DNA of 64,000 nt from Candidatus Hermodarchaeota archaeon (GCA_048885525.1 JBHLLP010000006.1:51247-115246); one strand, 5' to 3'. Numbered from the stretch's first letter, positions 1 to 11,240 are shown. Numbers and translations are program-made. The notes: generated by a model from the letters alone, not told the origin.

Positions 1-143
1 ATAAGTAGCTGGCTATATTAAATTAGAATTAATTCTAACTGTAATTTAAATTTAAGTGAAGAATACAGCAATTGTTTGGAAATTTGTATCATATCAAAAA
101 TTATTTAGTTTCTTTAAAAAAAGTATATTTTGATATCATTTGT

Positions 144-1658
144 TTACAATTGAGGATTGCCATTAAAACCCCAAGTTTTATTAATTCCTAAATTATCTTG
201 GATTAAGGGTGCTTGAATATCATTTACAGACATCCCTAGTCCTGAAGGGATGAAATTTTTAGCATTATTAAAAGCTGTTTCTATAGTCTCACTTTTATTT
301 AATTGATCCCAAAATTGATGAAAAAACCATGATCCCGCAAAGCCATCAGCATTCAAATTGTCTCGCCAATACCATGAAAAAATATCTGTTGTCGATGTAA
401 TTAATATTGAATTGGGTATATTATACCAACTTAGTCCTATACTTGAGTTTTGATTTAAAAAATTTCCACTATAACATATATCTATATTGATCAATATACG
501 TCTACAATTAATCTCTTTAACGAGATTAAAAAACTCAATTTCAGTTATATAATTGCTGTCAGCTTCGAAATGGAAAGTTGCATTCCCATCACCAAGTACT
601 CTATTTGAACCATGGTCTACCATATAAATTATCAGTTGATCTTTTGAATTTATCTTAGATGCAAAAGAACCGATGACACTAACATTCAATTCTTGCTTAA
701 ATCTACTCGAATTCACATCGTCGTTTTCTACATCAATGATAGCACCAGCTAAATCATTTGATATTCCATCATTTGCCTTTATATCTATTGTATTATCATC
801 CGTGTGATAGAGCATCAAAAATATATCATCATCAGTATATCCATGATTCTTTAAAATCCAGTAAACTTGAAGTGCTTGAGCAGGAAAGCCATCTGAATCT
901 ATATTACTAGGAAGAGGGCTCGGAATTGGGGGAGGGAACCAATATTCTATCTTTACATCATCAAAAAGTACCATGTCGCCCCCAGTCATATTCCCTTCAA
1001 CTGCTAATACTAAATGTAGTTGAGTTATCTCATTTTGAGTGGAATTATCTGCAATACCAGTTGAATTAAGAGATTTCCAACCAATGAAACCTCCTAATGT
1101 ACCATCTGACCAATCTGTTCTTATTACATCATTACTAGAATTTAACCATCTTAATCCTATCCTAGCTCCTGCTCCTGTGCCCGGTAAAATTATAGCGGGA
1201 TTTATTGGGGGGAAATTAATATTAGTTGTTATATTAACCCAAGCAGAAAGATTATATGCGGCAGACTTTATTAATGGATAATACTTTGTCCAATTATAAA
1301 CCAATTCCATATCAACATATCCTCCCCAAGGTTTAGCAATAAATTGTACAACCCCAGGAGTATGATAACCTGGTATATTAGCATCAGTTACTATATACCC
1401 ATTTGGGAAATCTTCGAAAGAGGGCCATCGACCCGTTTCATTACTAAACGTTGAATCATCTCCATCATTAAAATCGGGTTGACTATCCTTTCTATAGAAA
1501 TCATTTGCACTGCATAGGATAATTGCTTTTCGGGCTCCTGGAATTGGTTCTCTTCGCATGGTAGGAAGATATATTATCCATAAAGAAAGAACTAATACTA
1601 TACCTATAATAAATGCAAGTAAAGGAATATATTTCTTTGCATTCTTCTTTAAATCCAT
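144..1658 (-). CDS. Membrane-anchored C13 (legumain/GPI-transamidase-like, clan CD) peptidase with an inserted beta-sandwich domain
   Basis: N-terminal TM helix; His-Gly dyad (MVDHG) and catalytic Cys (IDICYSG); 'YWILKNHGY..DDIFLM' and 'GSWFF' segments typical of C13. Confidence 0.7.
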   Translation of the reverse strand: MDLKKNAKKYIPLLAFIIGIVLVLSLWIIYLPTMRREPIPGARKAIILCSANDFYRKDSQPDFNDGDDSTFSNETGRWPSFEDFPNGYIVTDANIPGYHTPGVVQFIAKPWGGYVDMELVYNWTKYYPLIKSAAYNLSAWVNITTNINFPPINPAIILPGTGAGARIGLRWLNSSNDVIRTDWSDGTLGGFIGWKSLNSTGIADNSTQNEITQLHLVLAVEGNMTGGDMVLFDDVKIEYWFPPPIPSPLPSNIDSDGFPAQALQVYWILKNHGYTDDDIFLMLYHTDDNTIDIKANDGISNDLAGAIIDVENDDVNSSRFKQELNVSVIGSFASKINSKDQLIIYMVDHGSNRVLGDGNATFHFEADSNYITEIEFFNLVKEINCRRILINIDICYSGNFLNQNSSIGLSWYNIPNSILITSTTDIFSWYWRDNLNADGFAGSWFFHQFWDQLNKSETIETAFNNAKNFIPSGLGMSVNDIQAPLIQDNLGINKTWGFNGNPQL

Positions 1659-1860
1659 TAAATCTCAACTTTTTTGGTATTTTTATTCTTTTAAAAAGTA
1701 ATTTCTACAAAAGATATATATAAAGGAGAATTACACGATATTATAATTTAAATCTTACTTTTCTTTATTAAATGAATATGTTTCTCTTAACATATAATAT
1801 ATAATATTCTTAAAATGAAAATAAAAAAAATTTTATAAAATGATTAGAAAGCTTATTAGC

Positions 1861-3261
1861 TCACTCTTTCATTTTTAATATTTCTTCTAATGTGGGTTTT
1901 TCTTTAATATCTAAAAGTTTAAACTCATCAATCATTTGAATCAAACCATATACTACTACACCATGATTGTATTGCTCGTTTGCATCATATAAATTCCGGT
2001 AACAAAATGGACATTCAGTTGTTACTATATCTGCACCTATTGCATTTGCTTCATCCAACCGTAAGCTTGATGTCCTTAATGAAAAATCAGCATAGCCTGC
2101 TCTCACTCCTCCACCGGCTCCACAACAGAAGCTATCGAGTTTTATTCGGTACATTTCTTTAAATTTTATACCAACATCTTGTTCCAATTGTCTTAACACA
2201 ATTCGAGGAACTTCATACCATTCATCAATCGCTTCTCTAATTTTTCGACTATCCATCATTAGATTTTTAGATTCTTCTATTATTTTTTGCTCAATTTCTA
2301 AAGCCATGTGTCTTCCGAGATGGCATGGATCATGGTATGTAACTACTTTTCCTTTTAATTCCTTATTAGGCTTAAATTTGATTTTTCCCTCGGTGATTAA
2401 TCGAGAAACTAATTCAAATGCATGCATGGTTTTAAAAGGAATTTTACCCTCAGATGACCATTTAGGATAATCATTTGTAAAAGTCTTGTAACATCCCGCA
2501 CAACTAAAGAATATTAAATCCAAGTCTTTAAAGGCTTCAATATTTTTATTCATTAATTCTTGAGCCGTATCGACAGCACCTACTCTAAAGAATGGACTTC
2601 CACAACATACTTCATCCTCAACTAATCTGAAATTAATTCCTAACTGTTCAAAAATCTTGCAAGTTGCTATAGCAATCTCAATTTGGCGATAACTTGCTGT
2701 ACAACCTACAAAATAACCAATCTTTGCATCTTTATTATCTATATATTTCTCTAAACCAGCATCTTTTGCCCATTTAAAGCGTTCTTCTGCTTTTCCACCA
2801 TATGGATTGTTTAATTCCTTTGTTAAACGTTCAACTAACTGATGTTTCTCAATCATCGGGATTCCCGCCTCTTTACATGCAGCACGGAGAGCTTCTATAA
2901 TATCAACGGTTCGCACTTTGTTTTCACATTGGGCTGAACATTGACCACATGTAATACAAGGCATAATAACATCCCTAACTTCTTCAGAAAACTCTAAATC
3001 CCCACTTAAAATAGAACGAGCAATCCAAATCTTACCAGCATTCCAAAAAGCTTCCCATCCATGTTCTATACCGGCTGGACATGCATCCACCATACCCTCA
3101 TAAAGTACAGAACCTTGTTTTCCAGTAAATTCTCCAATTCCTTTTTTATCAGGTTCTCCTGAGTACGCAAATCTACATGCTTTACAATGAATGCATCTAT
3201 ATACATCCTTTTTAAGCTCTTCGAGCCTTTCCATTCCTGTTTTTGACATTTTCTTTATCAA
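1861..3261 (-). CDS. (Fe-S)-binding oxidoreductase, GlcF/HdrD-like with CCG domains
   Basis: CxxCxxC clusters, VCCGSP, YHDPCHLGR, FCCGAGGG, CPFC. Confidence 0.85.
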   Translation of the reverse strand: MIKKMSKTGMERLEELKKDVYRCIHCKACRFAYSGEPDKKGIGEFTGKQGSVLYEGMVDACPAGIEHGWEAFWNAGKIWIARSILSGDLEFSEEVRDVIMPCITCGQCSAQCENKVRTVDIIEALRAACKEAGIPMIEKHQLVERLTKELNNPYGGKAEERFKWAKDAGLEKYIDNKDAKIGYFVGCTASYRQIEIAIATCKIFEQLGINFRLVEDEVCCGSPFFRVGAVDTAQELMNKNIEAFKDLDLIFFSCAGCYKTFTNDYPKWSSEGKIPFKTMHAFELVSRLITEGKIKFKPNKELKGKVVTYHDPCHLGRHMALEIEQKIIEESKNLMMDSRKIREAIDEWYEVPRIVLRQLEQDVGIKFKEMYRIKLDSFCCGAGGGVRAGYADFSLRTSSLRLDEANAIGADIVTTECPFCYRNLYDANEQYNHGVVVYGLIQMIDEFKLLDIKEKPTLEEILKMKE

Positions 3262-3271
3262 CCTCCTTTAT

Positions 3272-4762
3272 TTATGGAAGAGCAAGTCTTCCTGGATGCA
3301 TTATAAAATTAGGATCTACGAGCTTTTTGAAAGCCCTCAAATATTTCCAGTACATTCCAGCCTGATAATATGCTTGAATATGGATGTAGGGATCTGGTCT
3401 ATAATTAAGCCAACCTTGTTTTAAAGCATATTCAGTAGTTTCACTGTTTAATTGTTGAACTTTTTCAAAATCACTTTGTTTTGTACTGTCAAAGCATACA
3501 ATGGGCATACAAATTGCTTGTCTACATCGTTCAATACTTGCAATCCAAATTACGGGAGGAAATCCATGTTCTTCCATCTTTTTTGTATACATGTCAGCAA
3601 AATGTGCGCATTCTGGCCAAGGAGTATACCAGGTAATAAATAAAAAGCCAGCTTCCCAGAAGCTATAAGGAATAGCTATTTTATTAGGTTTTTTCATTCT
3701 ACTGGCAATTTGCTTAGGATGAAGTTCCTGCTTTATAATTGCATCTGGATTTTTAGCTCTTTTCTTAAAATCTTCGGCCATTTTATCAATTCTATTAGTT
3801 ACATAATCAAGTTCTTCTTGAGTTTGAGCCCACGTTTCCCAATTCATCCACCATTGAGAAATACCAATTTCTTTATAGAAATTATAATCATGTGGGATTT
3901 TATCCTTTGGCCATCTAGCCATTACAAGAGGATAATTACCTCCTTGAACCATAACGGTATGGTGGCTAATTCCAAACTCCTGTTTAGCAACTTCAAGAGT
4001 TAAGTTCTGCATATCGTAAGGATTATCCATACCCCATACAACAACTGTCTTAAACTTCGGATGGGGGAATATTTTCACAGCAGCTTTAGTAACTACTCCA
4101 AAAGCACCTTGTGAACCCATCAGAAAACTCCACATATCAGGGCCTATACCATATTTATAAAAGGGTTTTGCAAATGGAAGTGCCCATGAACCAGTTCGTA
4201 CTACATCTCCATTTGGGAAAACAATTTCCCCACACATAAAATTATCTCCTTGTGGACCTACTGAAGATGTATATAACGAAAATCCACGATCAATTGCATC
4301 CCCCATAACGGTTGCTGCTGGAGGAGCTCCATCAGGAATTGGAGGTGCCCAATCTGGATGATATTTATGCATATAACTCCAAAGTTGTCCATTTGTGACC
4401 CCTGGTTCTATTATACAATAACGGTTTTCTTCGTCTATTTCAAGAATCCTATTCATCCTTCCCAAATCGAGAAGAACTCCACCAGGTTTGATTGTAGGGC
4501 ATGCAAAACCACCTGACAAACCAGCAGACACGGGACTAACAGCAATCTTTTCTGCAGAACAATATATTAATATTTTTCGAATTTCTTCAACGTATTTTGG
4601 TCGGACAACAATATCTGGAATTTGGGATTCTAACCCCATTACAGATTTAGCTAGATATGATGCAGTAATGGCTTTATTATTGGTAGCATACTCTTTCCCG
4701 ACAATTCCGATCATAGCTTCTAAATCTTTTTCATCCGGTAATTTATAGCTCATAATCTCCAA
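3272..4762 (-). CDS. FAD-binding oxidoreductase (GlcD/D-lactate dehydrogenase family)
   Basis: PDIVVRP, LLDLGRMNRIL, GSQGAFGVVT, C-terminal K..VDP.FIMHPG. Confidence 0.85.
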   Translation of the reverse strand: MEIMSYKLPDEKDLEAMIGIVGKEYATNNKAITASYLAKSVMGLESQIPDIVVRPKYVEEIRKILIYCSAEKIAVSPVSAGLSGGFACPTIKPGGVLLDLGRMNRILEIDEENRYCIIEPGVTNGQLWSYMHKYHPDWAPPIPDGAPPAATVMGDAIDRGFSLYTSSVGPQGDNFMCGEIVFPNGDVVRTGSWALPFAKPFYKYGIGPDMWSFLMGSQGAFGVVTKAAVKIFPHPKFKTVVVWGMDNPYDMQNLTLEVAKQEFGISHHTVMVQGGNYPLVMARWPKDKIPHDYNFYKEIGISQWWMNWETWAQTQEELDYVTNRIDKMAEDFKKRAKNPDAIIKQELHPKQIASRMKKPNKIAIPYSFWEAGFLFITWYTPWPECAHFADMYTKKMEEHGFPPVIWIASIERCRQAICMPIVCFDSTKQSDFEKVQQLNSETTEYALKQGWLNYRPDPYIHIQAYYQAGMYWKYLRAFKKLVDPNFIMHPGRLALP

Positions 4763-4985
4763 CCTATTAAATAATCTTCAAATTTTTGTTTTTATATAAT
4801 TTAATGTATTATTTTGGAAAATTAAGTACTGCATTTTAAATTTTCTTATGACATTTTCATACAAAATATGATTTTTTCTTATAGAAATTATGTTTCATTT
4901 CTAGAGGGTGAAACATCTTTTTAAAAAAGAAGCGTTAATCAATAATTTAAAGAAGAACCTTATAATGAAAATCTTTCTATTCATT

Positions 4986-5525
4986 CTAGATGGTTATAAA
5001 TTCTCTTATTTTTGAATTTATTGAAGATTTTTGACGCCTATTATCTTTAATTATAAATTCATGAAAAATTTCGTTATTTTCATCAATAAATTCCCAAAAT
5101 TCTTCATAAATTTCTTTTGAGGTCATCTTTTTCTTTCTAGAATTAATATTTTGTTTTAACCTATTTTCTTTCTGGAATTCATCATGATTAAATGGTTTAT
5201 ATTTAACTTTTTCTCCATTAAGTATTAACTTTTCGAAAAGCTCGTTATTCCGTTTCTCAGTTAGGTTAAAAGTTTTCACACCATTCCTTAACTTTCTGGC
5301 AGTCGCTTGATTCAATTCCAAATCCACTTTCTGATATCCTCGAATTTGGAAATTATTGTCCATGAAAAATTGGAAGTGATGTGGGCAAATTAATCCTTTA
5401 TGGACAGAAATTGTAGTTAATTTGGATTTATTGTTTAATCTCGAAGGAGGTATTCCTACGATATCTCTTGTTTTACAAATTGGGCAAATAACTTCAATTT
5501 TATTTGTCCTAGCAAGGATAACCAT
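4986..5525 (-). CDS. Hypothetical protein with N-terminal Zn-binding domain (paralog of 33636-34484)
   Basis: CPIC...ICPHHF.FF.D.N..IRGYQKVD motif shared with 33636-34484. Confidence 0.6.
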   Translation of the reverse strand: MVILARTNKIEVICPICKTRDIVGIPPSRLNNKSKLTTISVHKGLICPHHFQFFMDNNFQIRGYQKVDLELNQATARKLRNGVKTFNLTEKRNNELFEKLILNGEKVKYKPFNHDEFQKENRLKQNINSRKKKMTSKEIYEEFWEFIDENNEIFHEFIIKDNRRQKSSINSKIREFITI

Positions 5526-5689
5526 TAGATTCTCACATAATTAAAATAAATCTAAACCCTACAAAAATCTCTAGAATTTTCTATTTAAACTAAGCTTTTT
5601 TATTGTTTATGACCGAATCTTTAAGTTCAATAAATAATTTTTCCAATTATTATACTAGTTCTAATTCTATTTTAAAATAAGATGATATC

Positions 5690-7108
5690 ATGTCAGAAAT
5701 GGATATTTTTTTTCACCCAAAATCCATAGCAATAATTGGAGCATCAGACAGTTTTAAATTTGGATATACTACGACAAAATACTTGTTAGAATCAAAATTT
5801 AAAACTTTTCCTGTTAACATCAAGAAGCAAGAAATTCATGGACATAAAGCTTATAAAAATGTAAAAGATATTCCTGAAGAAATAGATTTGGCAATCATTC
5901 TCATTGGAAATGAATTTGTTCTTCAAGCAGTAAAAGATTGTATTGAAAAGGGAGTAAAAGGGATAATAATAGAATCAGCAGGTTTTGCAGAGACAGGTGT
6001 AGAAAAATATATAAAAATTCAAAATGAGATTGAAAAAATAGCTAAAGAGACTAAAGTTCGAATTATAGGACCTAATTGTATTGGTGTTACTGATTTTAAC
6101 AATCAATTCACTACAGCAGACATGAGCTTTGATCAAGCTTTAAGTGGTAAAGTAGCAGTTATAGCGCAATCAGGTGTACTTGGAAATATTTTTATAGATT
6201 GGGCAACTGATAAAGGGATTGGATTTTCTAAAACTATTACAATAGGAAACAAGGTGGATGTTGATGAGATTGATTTACTCAAGTATTTAAATAAAGATCC
6301 TGAAACAGAAGTTATAACTCTTTACCTAGAAGGTACAAAACGAGGTAGAGAACTAATACAAGCTTTTAAAAACATGGATAAACCAGTTATAATACTTAAA
6401 AACGGAAAAAGTGAAATAGGTTCAAAAGCAGTTAATAGTCACACGGGGTCAATGGCAGGAAATAACAAAATTTATGATACTCTCTTTAAACAGAATAGTA
6501 AAATATTTAGGGTTAACAATTTTTATGAATTATTTAACATAGCTCATGTATTTGCAAGTCAACCTTTACCTGTAGGTAAAAACGTTGCTATTATTACAGG
6601 TTCGGGAAGCTTAGGAGCGCTTGCGTGTGATCAGATTGAGGAACAAGGATTAAATCTTGCGAATTTAAGCGAAAACACTATCTCTCGTATTAAATCGGTA
6701 ATTCCAAATTGGGTTTCAATTAGAGGTACTATAGATTTAGGTCCTTCTATATTTCAGACATTTGAGTCATCTGCAAAAGCAATTTTCGAAGATAAGAATG
6801 TGGATTGCATCTTATATATTTTTTCAGTTCCTCGATGGCCACTCCAAATGATGGGTTCAATGTCTACAAATTGGGCTAAACAACATTTTGCTCTCATTAA
6901 AGATTTAACACAAAAGTTTAAAAAACCATGCGTGTGTGTATGTTTTGGTTCTAGCTGGACATTTGATTTTCTTAGAAAAGCAGCATCTTCATCGAATTCA
7001 GAAATTAAGATTCCAATAATGAGTAGAATAAAACATGCAATAAAAGCCTTTAAAATGATGTATCAGTTTGGAAAAAAACAAAATAAAATGAGTTTAAATT
7101 TAAACTAA
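5690..7108 (+). CDS. ADP-forming acyl-CoA synthetase alpha subunit (CoA-binding protein)
   Basis: FFHPKSIAIIGAS, RIIGPNCIG, AQSG, SHTGSMAG (phospho-His). Confidence 0.85.
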   Translation: MSEMDIFFHPKSIAIIGASDSFKFGYTTTKYLLESKFKTFPVNIKKQEIHGHKAYKNVKDIPEEIDLAIILIGNEFVLQAVKDCIEKGVKGIIIESAGFAETGVEKYIKIQNEIEKIAKETKVRIIGPNCIGVTDFNNQFTTADMSFDQALSGKVAVIAQSGVLGNIFIDWATDKGIGFSKTITIGNKVDVDEIDLLKYLNKDPETEVITLYLEGTKRGRELIQAFKNMDKPVIILKNGKSEIGSKAVNSHTGSMAGNNKIYDTLFKQNSKIFRVNNFYELFNIAHVFASQPLPVGKNVAIITGSGSLGALACDQIEEQGLNLANLSENTISRIKSVIPNWVSIRGTIDLGPSIFQTFESSAKAIFEDKNVDCILYIFSVPRWPLQMMGSMSTNWAKQHFALIKDLTQKFKKPCVCVCFGSSWTFDFLRKAASSSNSEIKIPIMSRIKHAIKAFKMMYQFGKKQNKMSLNLN

Positions 7109-7261
7109 TAAGTAGTATTTATTTTTAAATTCTATTTTAAATTTAAGTTCTTCTTATCGTTGTTCATAAGTTTATTTCAAAAATTGGACTCCAAATTTTT
7201 TTAATTCTATTAAAATCTCCTTTTAATTAAGTAAAAATATTAAAATTTGGAGTGATAAAAA

Positions 7262-7777
7262 ATGAGTGAAGTTTATGTTTTTAATATTGCCTGGCAAGAG
7301 ATTGTCAATTGGTTTTTAGCTCAACCGATCTACGCACAAGTTCTTGTTTTGATAGGAGTTTTTGCAGTATTAACACTTGCGGTAATTTTAGTTTATTACA
7401 TACTGAAAGGTGTTGCTTATCTGGTTTATTATATATTAAAAGGAATATATTATCTTTTGAAGGGAATTGGTTTACTCTTTTATAAGATATTCGAAGCATT
7501 ATATTACGCTATTTCAGGTAAGCCAAAACCTAATAAATGCTGTGCTCCCCCACAACAAGCCCAAATTCCACCTGAAATACAACAGCAAGAAGAACCAATA
7601 GTACAACATCAAAAAAGCATACAAATAATCAGACCTGAAGTCGCTTATTGCAGTGAATGTGGTAATAAATTTACAGGTTCAATGCTTCAGACTTTACAAG
7701 AAAGAGGAGTTGCCTTCTGTATTCATTGTGGAAATAAGAAAACTCAAAATTACCAAATTGGTATCGAAAGTCAATAA
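7262..7777 (+). CDS. Membrane protein with repeated helical motif and C-terminal double CxxC zinc ribbon
   Basis: Hydrophobic N-half with LVYYILKG repeats; CSECG...CIHCG; GGAGTGA SD-like site upstream. Confidence 0.65.
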   Translation: MSEVYVFNIAWQEIVNWFLAQPIYAQVLVLIGVFAVLTLAVILVYYILKGVAYLVYYILKGIYYLLKGIGLLFYKIFEALYYAISGKPKPNKCCAPPQQAQIPPEIQQQEEPIVQHQKSIQIIRPEVAYCSECGNKFTGSMLQTLQERGVAFCIHCGNKKTQNYQIGIESQ

Positions 7778-7799
7778 TTTTTTTTATTCTTTTTCTATT

Positions 7800-8666
7800 T
7801 TATATTAAAGATTTCTCAAATAATATAACACCAAAGCGTTCATCTTCATAATAAGCAAATCCGATCTTTTTTAGGAGATTTGCTACTTCAAGTTTACAAA
7901 AAACTTCAAATACTATAGATTTATTTGCCTCTAACTCTTTTTGAATAGTGTATTTAATTAATTCTAAGGCAGCTTTTGGTTTTCCGTAAGTTATAATCCA
8001 AATTTCATTTTTTAAAGGAATTTCATAAGTAACAAAACTTCTATTTTCCATTTTATGTAAAATGGCATCTTGATTGTAAATCCATGAACCCCTTTCATTG
8101 GTTAGATACCTTAATGGAATATAAGACCACCCAACACAAATTTCTGTCCCTGGACCAATATCAAATTCTTCATAATATTCCTTTACTTGTTCAGCTGTTA
8201 ACTTTTCGAATTCAGAAGTTTCTTTTCTAGTTATTTTGATATCATCCAAATTTGCTTCTACAAGGTCCATACATTTCTTCTGTTTAAAACCAAACTTTTT
8301 AGCAAGTGAAATTGATGCGAAATTTTTTGATCCTGTATCATATTGAGCTACTTTAGCACCCATTTTTTTAGAATATTCTATAGCATAATTCAATTGTAAT
8401 TTACCAATACCTTGTCCTTGATATGATACCTTTATTCTCCCACCTTCTAACCACGCAATTTCCTTATTATATAACTTTACTCTGCCGAATCCGATTAATT
8501 CTGTTTTATTTTCATCTTTAAAAGTTCCATAATTCATACAATCTTTCTCTTGGAGCCACTCTTCGATAACATATGGAATATAGTCATTCCCTTCCCATAT
8601 ATCTTTACTAATATCTTTTATAGCTGGAATGTCTTCATGTATTAACTCGCGGAAATATACCTTCAT
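7800..8666 (-). CDS. GNAT family N-acetyltransferase
   Basis: WLEGGRI..YQGQGIG acetyl-CoA motif; N..SISLAKKFGF. Confidence 0.8.
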   Translation of the reverse strand: MKVYFRELIHEDIPAIKDISKDIWEGNDYIPYVIEEWLQEKDCMNYGTFKDENKTELIGFGRVKLYNKEIAWLEGGRIKVSYQGQGIGKLQLNYAIEYSKKMGAKVAQYDTGSKNFASISLAKKFGFKQKKCMDLVEANLDDIKITRKETSEFEKLTAEQVKEYYEEFDIGPGTEICVGWSYIPLRYLTNERGSWIYNQDAILHKMENRSFVTYEIPLKNEIWIITYGKPKAALELIKYTIQKELEANKSIVFEVFCKLEVANLLKKIGFAYYEDERFGVILFEKSLI

Positions 8667-8844
8667 CTCAGCTCTTTCAAAACCTCTAATCTATGAAATT
8701 TGTTAATTAAAAACCCATAAAAAAATTTTACTTTTTTTAATTTATATTACGAACCATATAAATAATTTTAAATATAGATCTGTCAATAAGAATACTATTA
8801 AAAGTAGTTAAATCTATGTTAAAAATTTTTAAAATTGATCAAAA

Positions 8845-10575
8845 ATGACAGAAAAAATGGTGGAAGGTAGTCCATATTCAGAAAAAATATGGTTAAAATC
8901 ATATGATGAGCATGTTAAGCCGGAGATTGATATTGAAGTTTATTCCTTAGCCGAAATGTTTAAGAGGGTTGTAAAAAAATTCCCTGATAGCCTTTGTTAT
9001 GACTTTCAAGGATCAAGAGCAACATTCAAGGAAACTGAAAAATTGGTAATCAGTTTTGCTAATTGTCTTATTGAGAATGGATTAGAAAAAGGTGATAGAG
9101 TTGCTATAAATTTACCAAATATTCCTCAATTTATTGTGGCATTGTTTGGAACATTTTATGCTGGATGTGCTGTGTCAGGGGTGAATTTTCTACTACAATC
9201 AAATGAAATTGTATATCAATTAAAAGATTGTGGAGCAAAAGCGGTTGTTACTCTTGATTCCTTCTATGAAGAAAAAGTTAGAAAAGCTTTACAAACTGGT
9301 CAAACCGATGTAAAGATAGTGATTACTACTAATGTTTCTGATGTTTTAGATCTTGAACCTGCTATGAAAGACCAATTGATTAAAATTGGAAAAGTTCCAA
9401 TAGGAAAAGTTGAACCCCTTGAAGGTTTTAAATATTATACATATAATGAGATTTTAGAAAAATATACTGGTGATAAAGATCCAGATGTTAAAATTGATCC
9501 AGATGATCTCCTATTACTTCAATATACAGGAGGAACAACTGGTCCACCCAAGGGAGCCATTTTGACTCACAGAAATCTAATATCTTTATTACAAATAGTA
9601 GACCATTGGTTTGAGCCTGGTACACATCCAGGAAATGCTGTTTATATCTCAGGTTTTCCATTTTTTCATTTAGCTGGACTCCAATTTTGTCTACAAACTA
9701 CTTTTTTAGGAGCAACACAGATTTTAGTCCCTGATCCAAGAGATACTAATTACATGATAAGTAAAATAAAAGAGTATGAGGATAAAATTTCACTCTTTTA
9801 TAATGTACCCACTCTATATCTTCTTTTATTAAATAACCGAAGGTTTAAAAAGTTAAATTTAAGTGATGTACAAGGATATATCTCCGGTGCAGCTCCTTTT
9901 CCTACAGAAAGTATTAAAGAGTTTGAAGAAGTAGTTGGTAAGGGAAAAGTTATAGAAGCTTATGGAATGACTGAAAATAGTCCAGGAGTAACTATGAATC
10001 CTTATCTTGGCCCTAAAAAAATTGGAACTGTAGGAGTTCCTTTGCCAAATACAGAAGTAAAACTTGTAGATGTTTCTGATAAAAGGCGAGAAGTACCTAT
10101 AGGAGAACCTGGTGAAATTGCTATAAGAGGGCCTCAAACCTTTAAAGGTTATTGGAATAAACCCAAAGAAACAGAAAATGCACTTCAAGAGGGGTGGTTT
10201 TATTCTGGAGATGTGGGTGTTATGGATGAGGATGGTTATATAAGAATAGTAGACCGTACAAAAGATATGATTATTGTGAGTGGGTATAAAGTATTTAGTG
10301 TTGAAGTAGATGATAAAATGAATAAACATCCAGCAATTGAACTCTGTTCATCTGTGGGAATTCCTGATCCTGAACGTCCTGGTTCTGAAGTAGTTAAATT
10401 ATATGTATTGTTAAAAGAGGGACATAAACCTTCTGAAGAAATTAAAGCAGATATACTAAAATTTGCTCAAGAAAATCTAGCTAAATATAAAATACCAAAA
10501 ATCATCGAAATCGTCAAGGAAATGCCATTAACTTCAATAGGTAAAGTAGACAAAAAACTCTTAAGAAATAAATAA
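8845..10575 (+). CDS. Long-chain fatty acid--CoA ligase (AMP-binding)
   Basis: YTGGTTGPPKG, YGMTE, SGDVG..DEDGY.RIVDR.KD, P.TSIGKVDK. Confidence 0.9.
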   Translation: MTEKMVEGSPYSEKIWLKSYDEHVKPEIDIEVYSLAEMFKRVVKKFPDSLCYDFQGSRATFKETEKLVISFANCLIENGLEKGDRVAINLPNIPQFIVALFGTFYAGCAVSGVNFLLQSNEIVYQLKDCGAKAVVTLDSFYEEKVRKALQTGQTDVKIVITTNVSDVLDLEPAMKDQLIKIGKVPIGKVEPLEGFKYYTYNEILEKYTGDKDPDVKIDPDDLLLLQYTGGTTGPPKGAILTHRNLISLLQIVDHWFEPGTHPGNAVYISGFPFFHLAGLQFCLQTTFLGATQILVPDPRDTNYMISKIKEYEDKISLFYNVPTLYLLLLNNRRFKKLNLSDVQGYISGAAPFPTESIKEFEEVVGKGKVIEAYGMTENSPGVTMNPYLGPKKIGTVGVPLPNTEVKLVDVSDKRREVPIGEPGEIAIRGPQTFKGYWNKPKETENALQEGWFYSGDVGVMDEDGYIRIVDRTKDMIIVSGYKVFSVEVDDKMNKHPAIELCSSVGIPDPERPGSEVVKLYVLLKEGHKPSEEIKADILKFAQENLAKYKIPKIIEIVKEMPLTSIGKVDKKLLRNK

Positions 10576-10603
10576 CTTTTTAATTTTTTTTTAAATTTTG
10601 TTC

Positions 10604-11197
10604 CTAAATTTCTTTTTTGAAATATCTTCTATAAATATTATAGTATGAAGTGAGAGCTATAATAAAATGTATTAAAATACATGATATAATCCCTATTTTT
10701 AAAAATATATAACCAAGATATAATCCCATTAAAAAGGGATATCCAAGATTGATTAGTAGAATAGTTAAATTCTTATAACGAAACCAAGTGTGAATATGAA
10801 AAAGAGAAAAAATCAAACTCGATATAAATATAACTGTAAATGATTTCAATTTTAACAAATCGAATAAAACGCCAATTGTATAATATCTAAAAACTAATTC
10901 TTCTAATATTATTATTATTGGAAAGAAAAACCAGATGATTTCTCTGTTCTTTCTATATATAAAAGCATTTAATACATCCTGCTTCTTAAATACTTCAAGA
11001 TTTTTATCCTTATAGCCGAAAATTTCGACTTTTTTAGCCAAAAATAAAAAGAATATTAAACCTGTGATGAAAATAAGGATTATAAACCAATTTAATTCTC
11101 TTATCATGAAATATTCAAAAAAAACTCCAAAAAATATTGGGATAATTAATAAAGTTAATAAAATGCTAAGAGTAATGTATTTCTTTGCTTTAATCAA
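10604..11197 (-). CDS. CPBP (Abi/CAAX) family intramembrane metalloprotease
   Basis: EELVFR, FSLFH, IHF motifs with TM helices. Confidence 0.8.
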   Translation of the reverse strand: MIKAKKYITLSILLTLLIIPIFFGVFFEYFMIRELNWFIILIFITGLIFFLFLAKKVEIFGYKDKNLEVFKKQDVLNAFIYRKNREIIWFFFPIIIILEELVFRYYTIGVLFDLLKLKSFTVIFISSLIFSLFHIHTWFRYKNLTILLINLGYPFLMGLYLGYIFLKIGIISCILIHFIIALTSYYNIYRRYFKKEI

Positions 11198-11240
11198 AAT
11201 ATAATATACCCGATTTTATTAAAATCCATAAAAAATTAAG

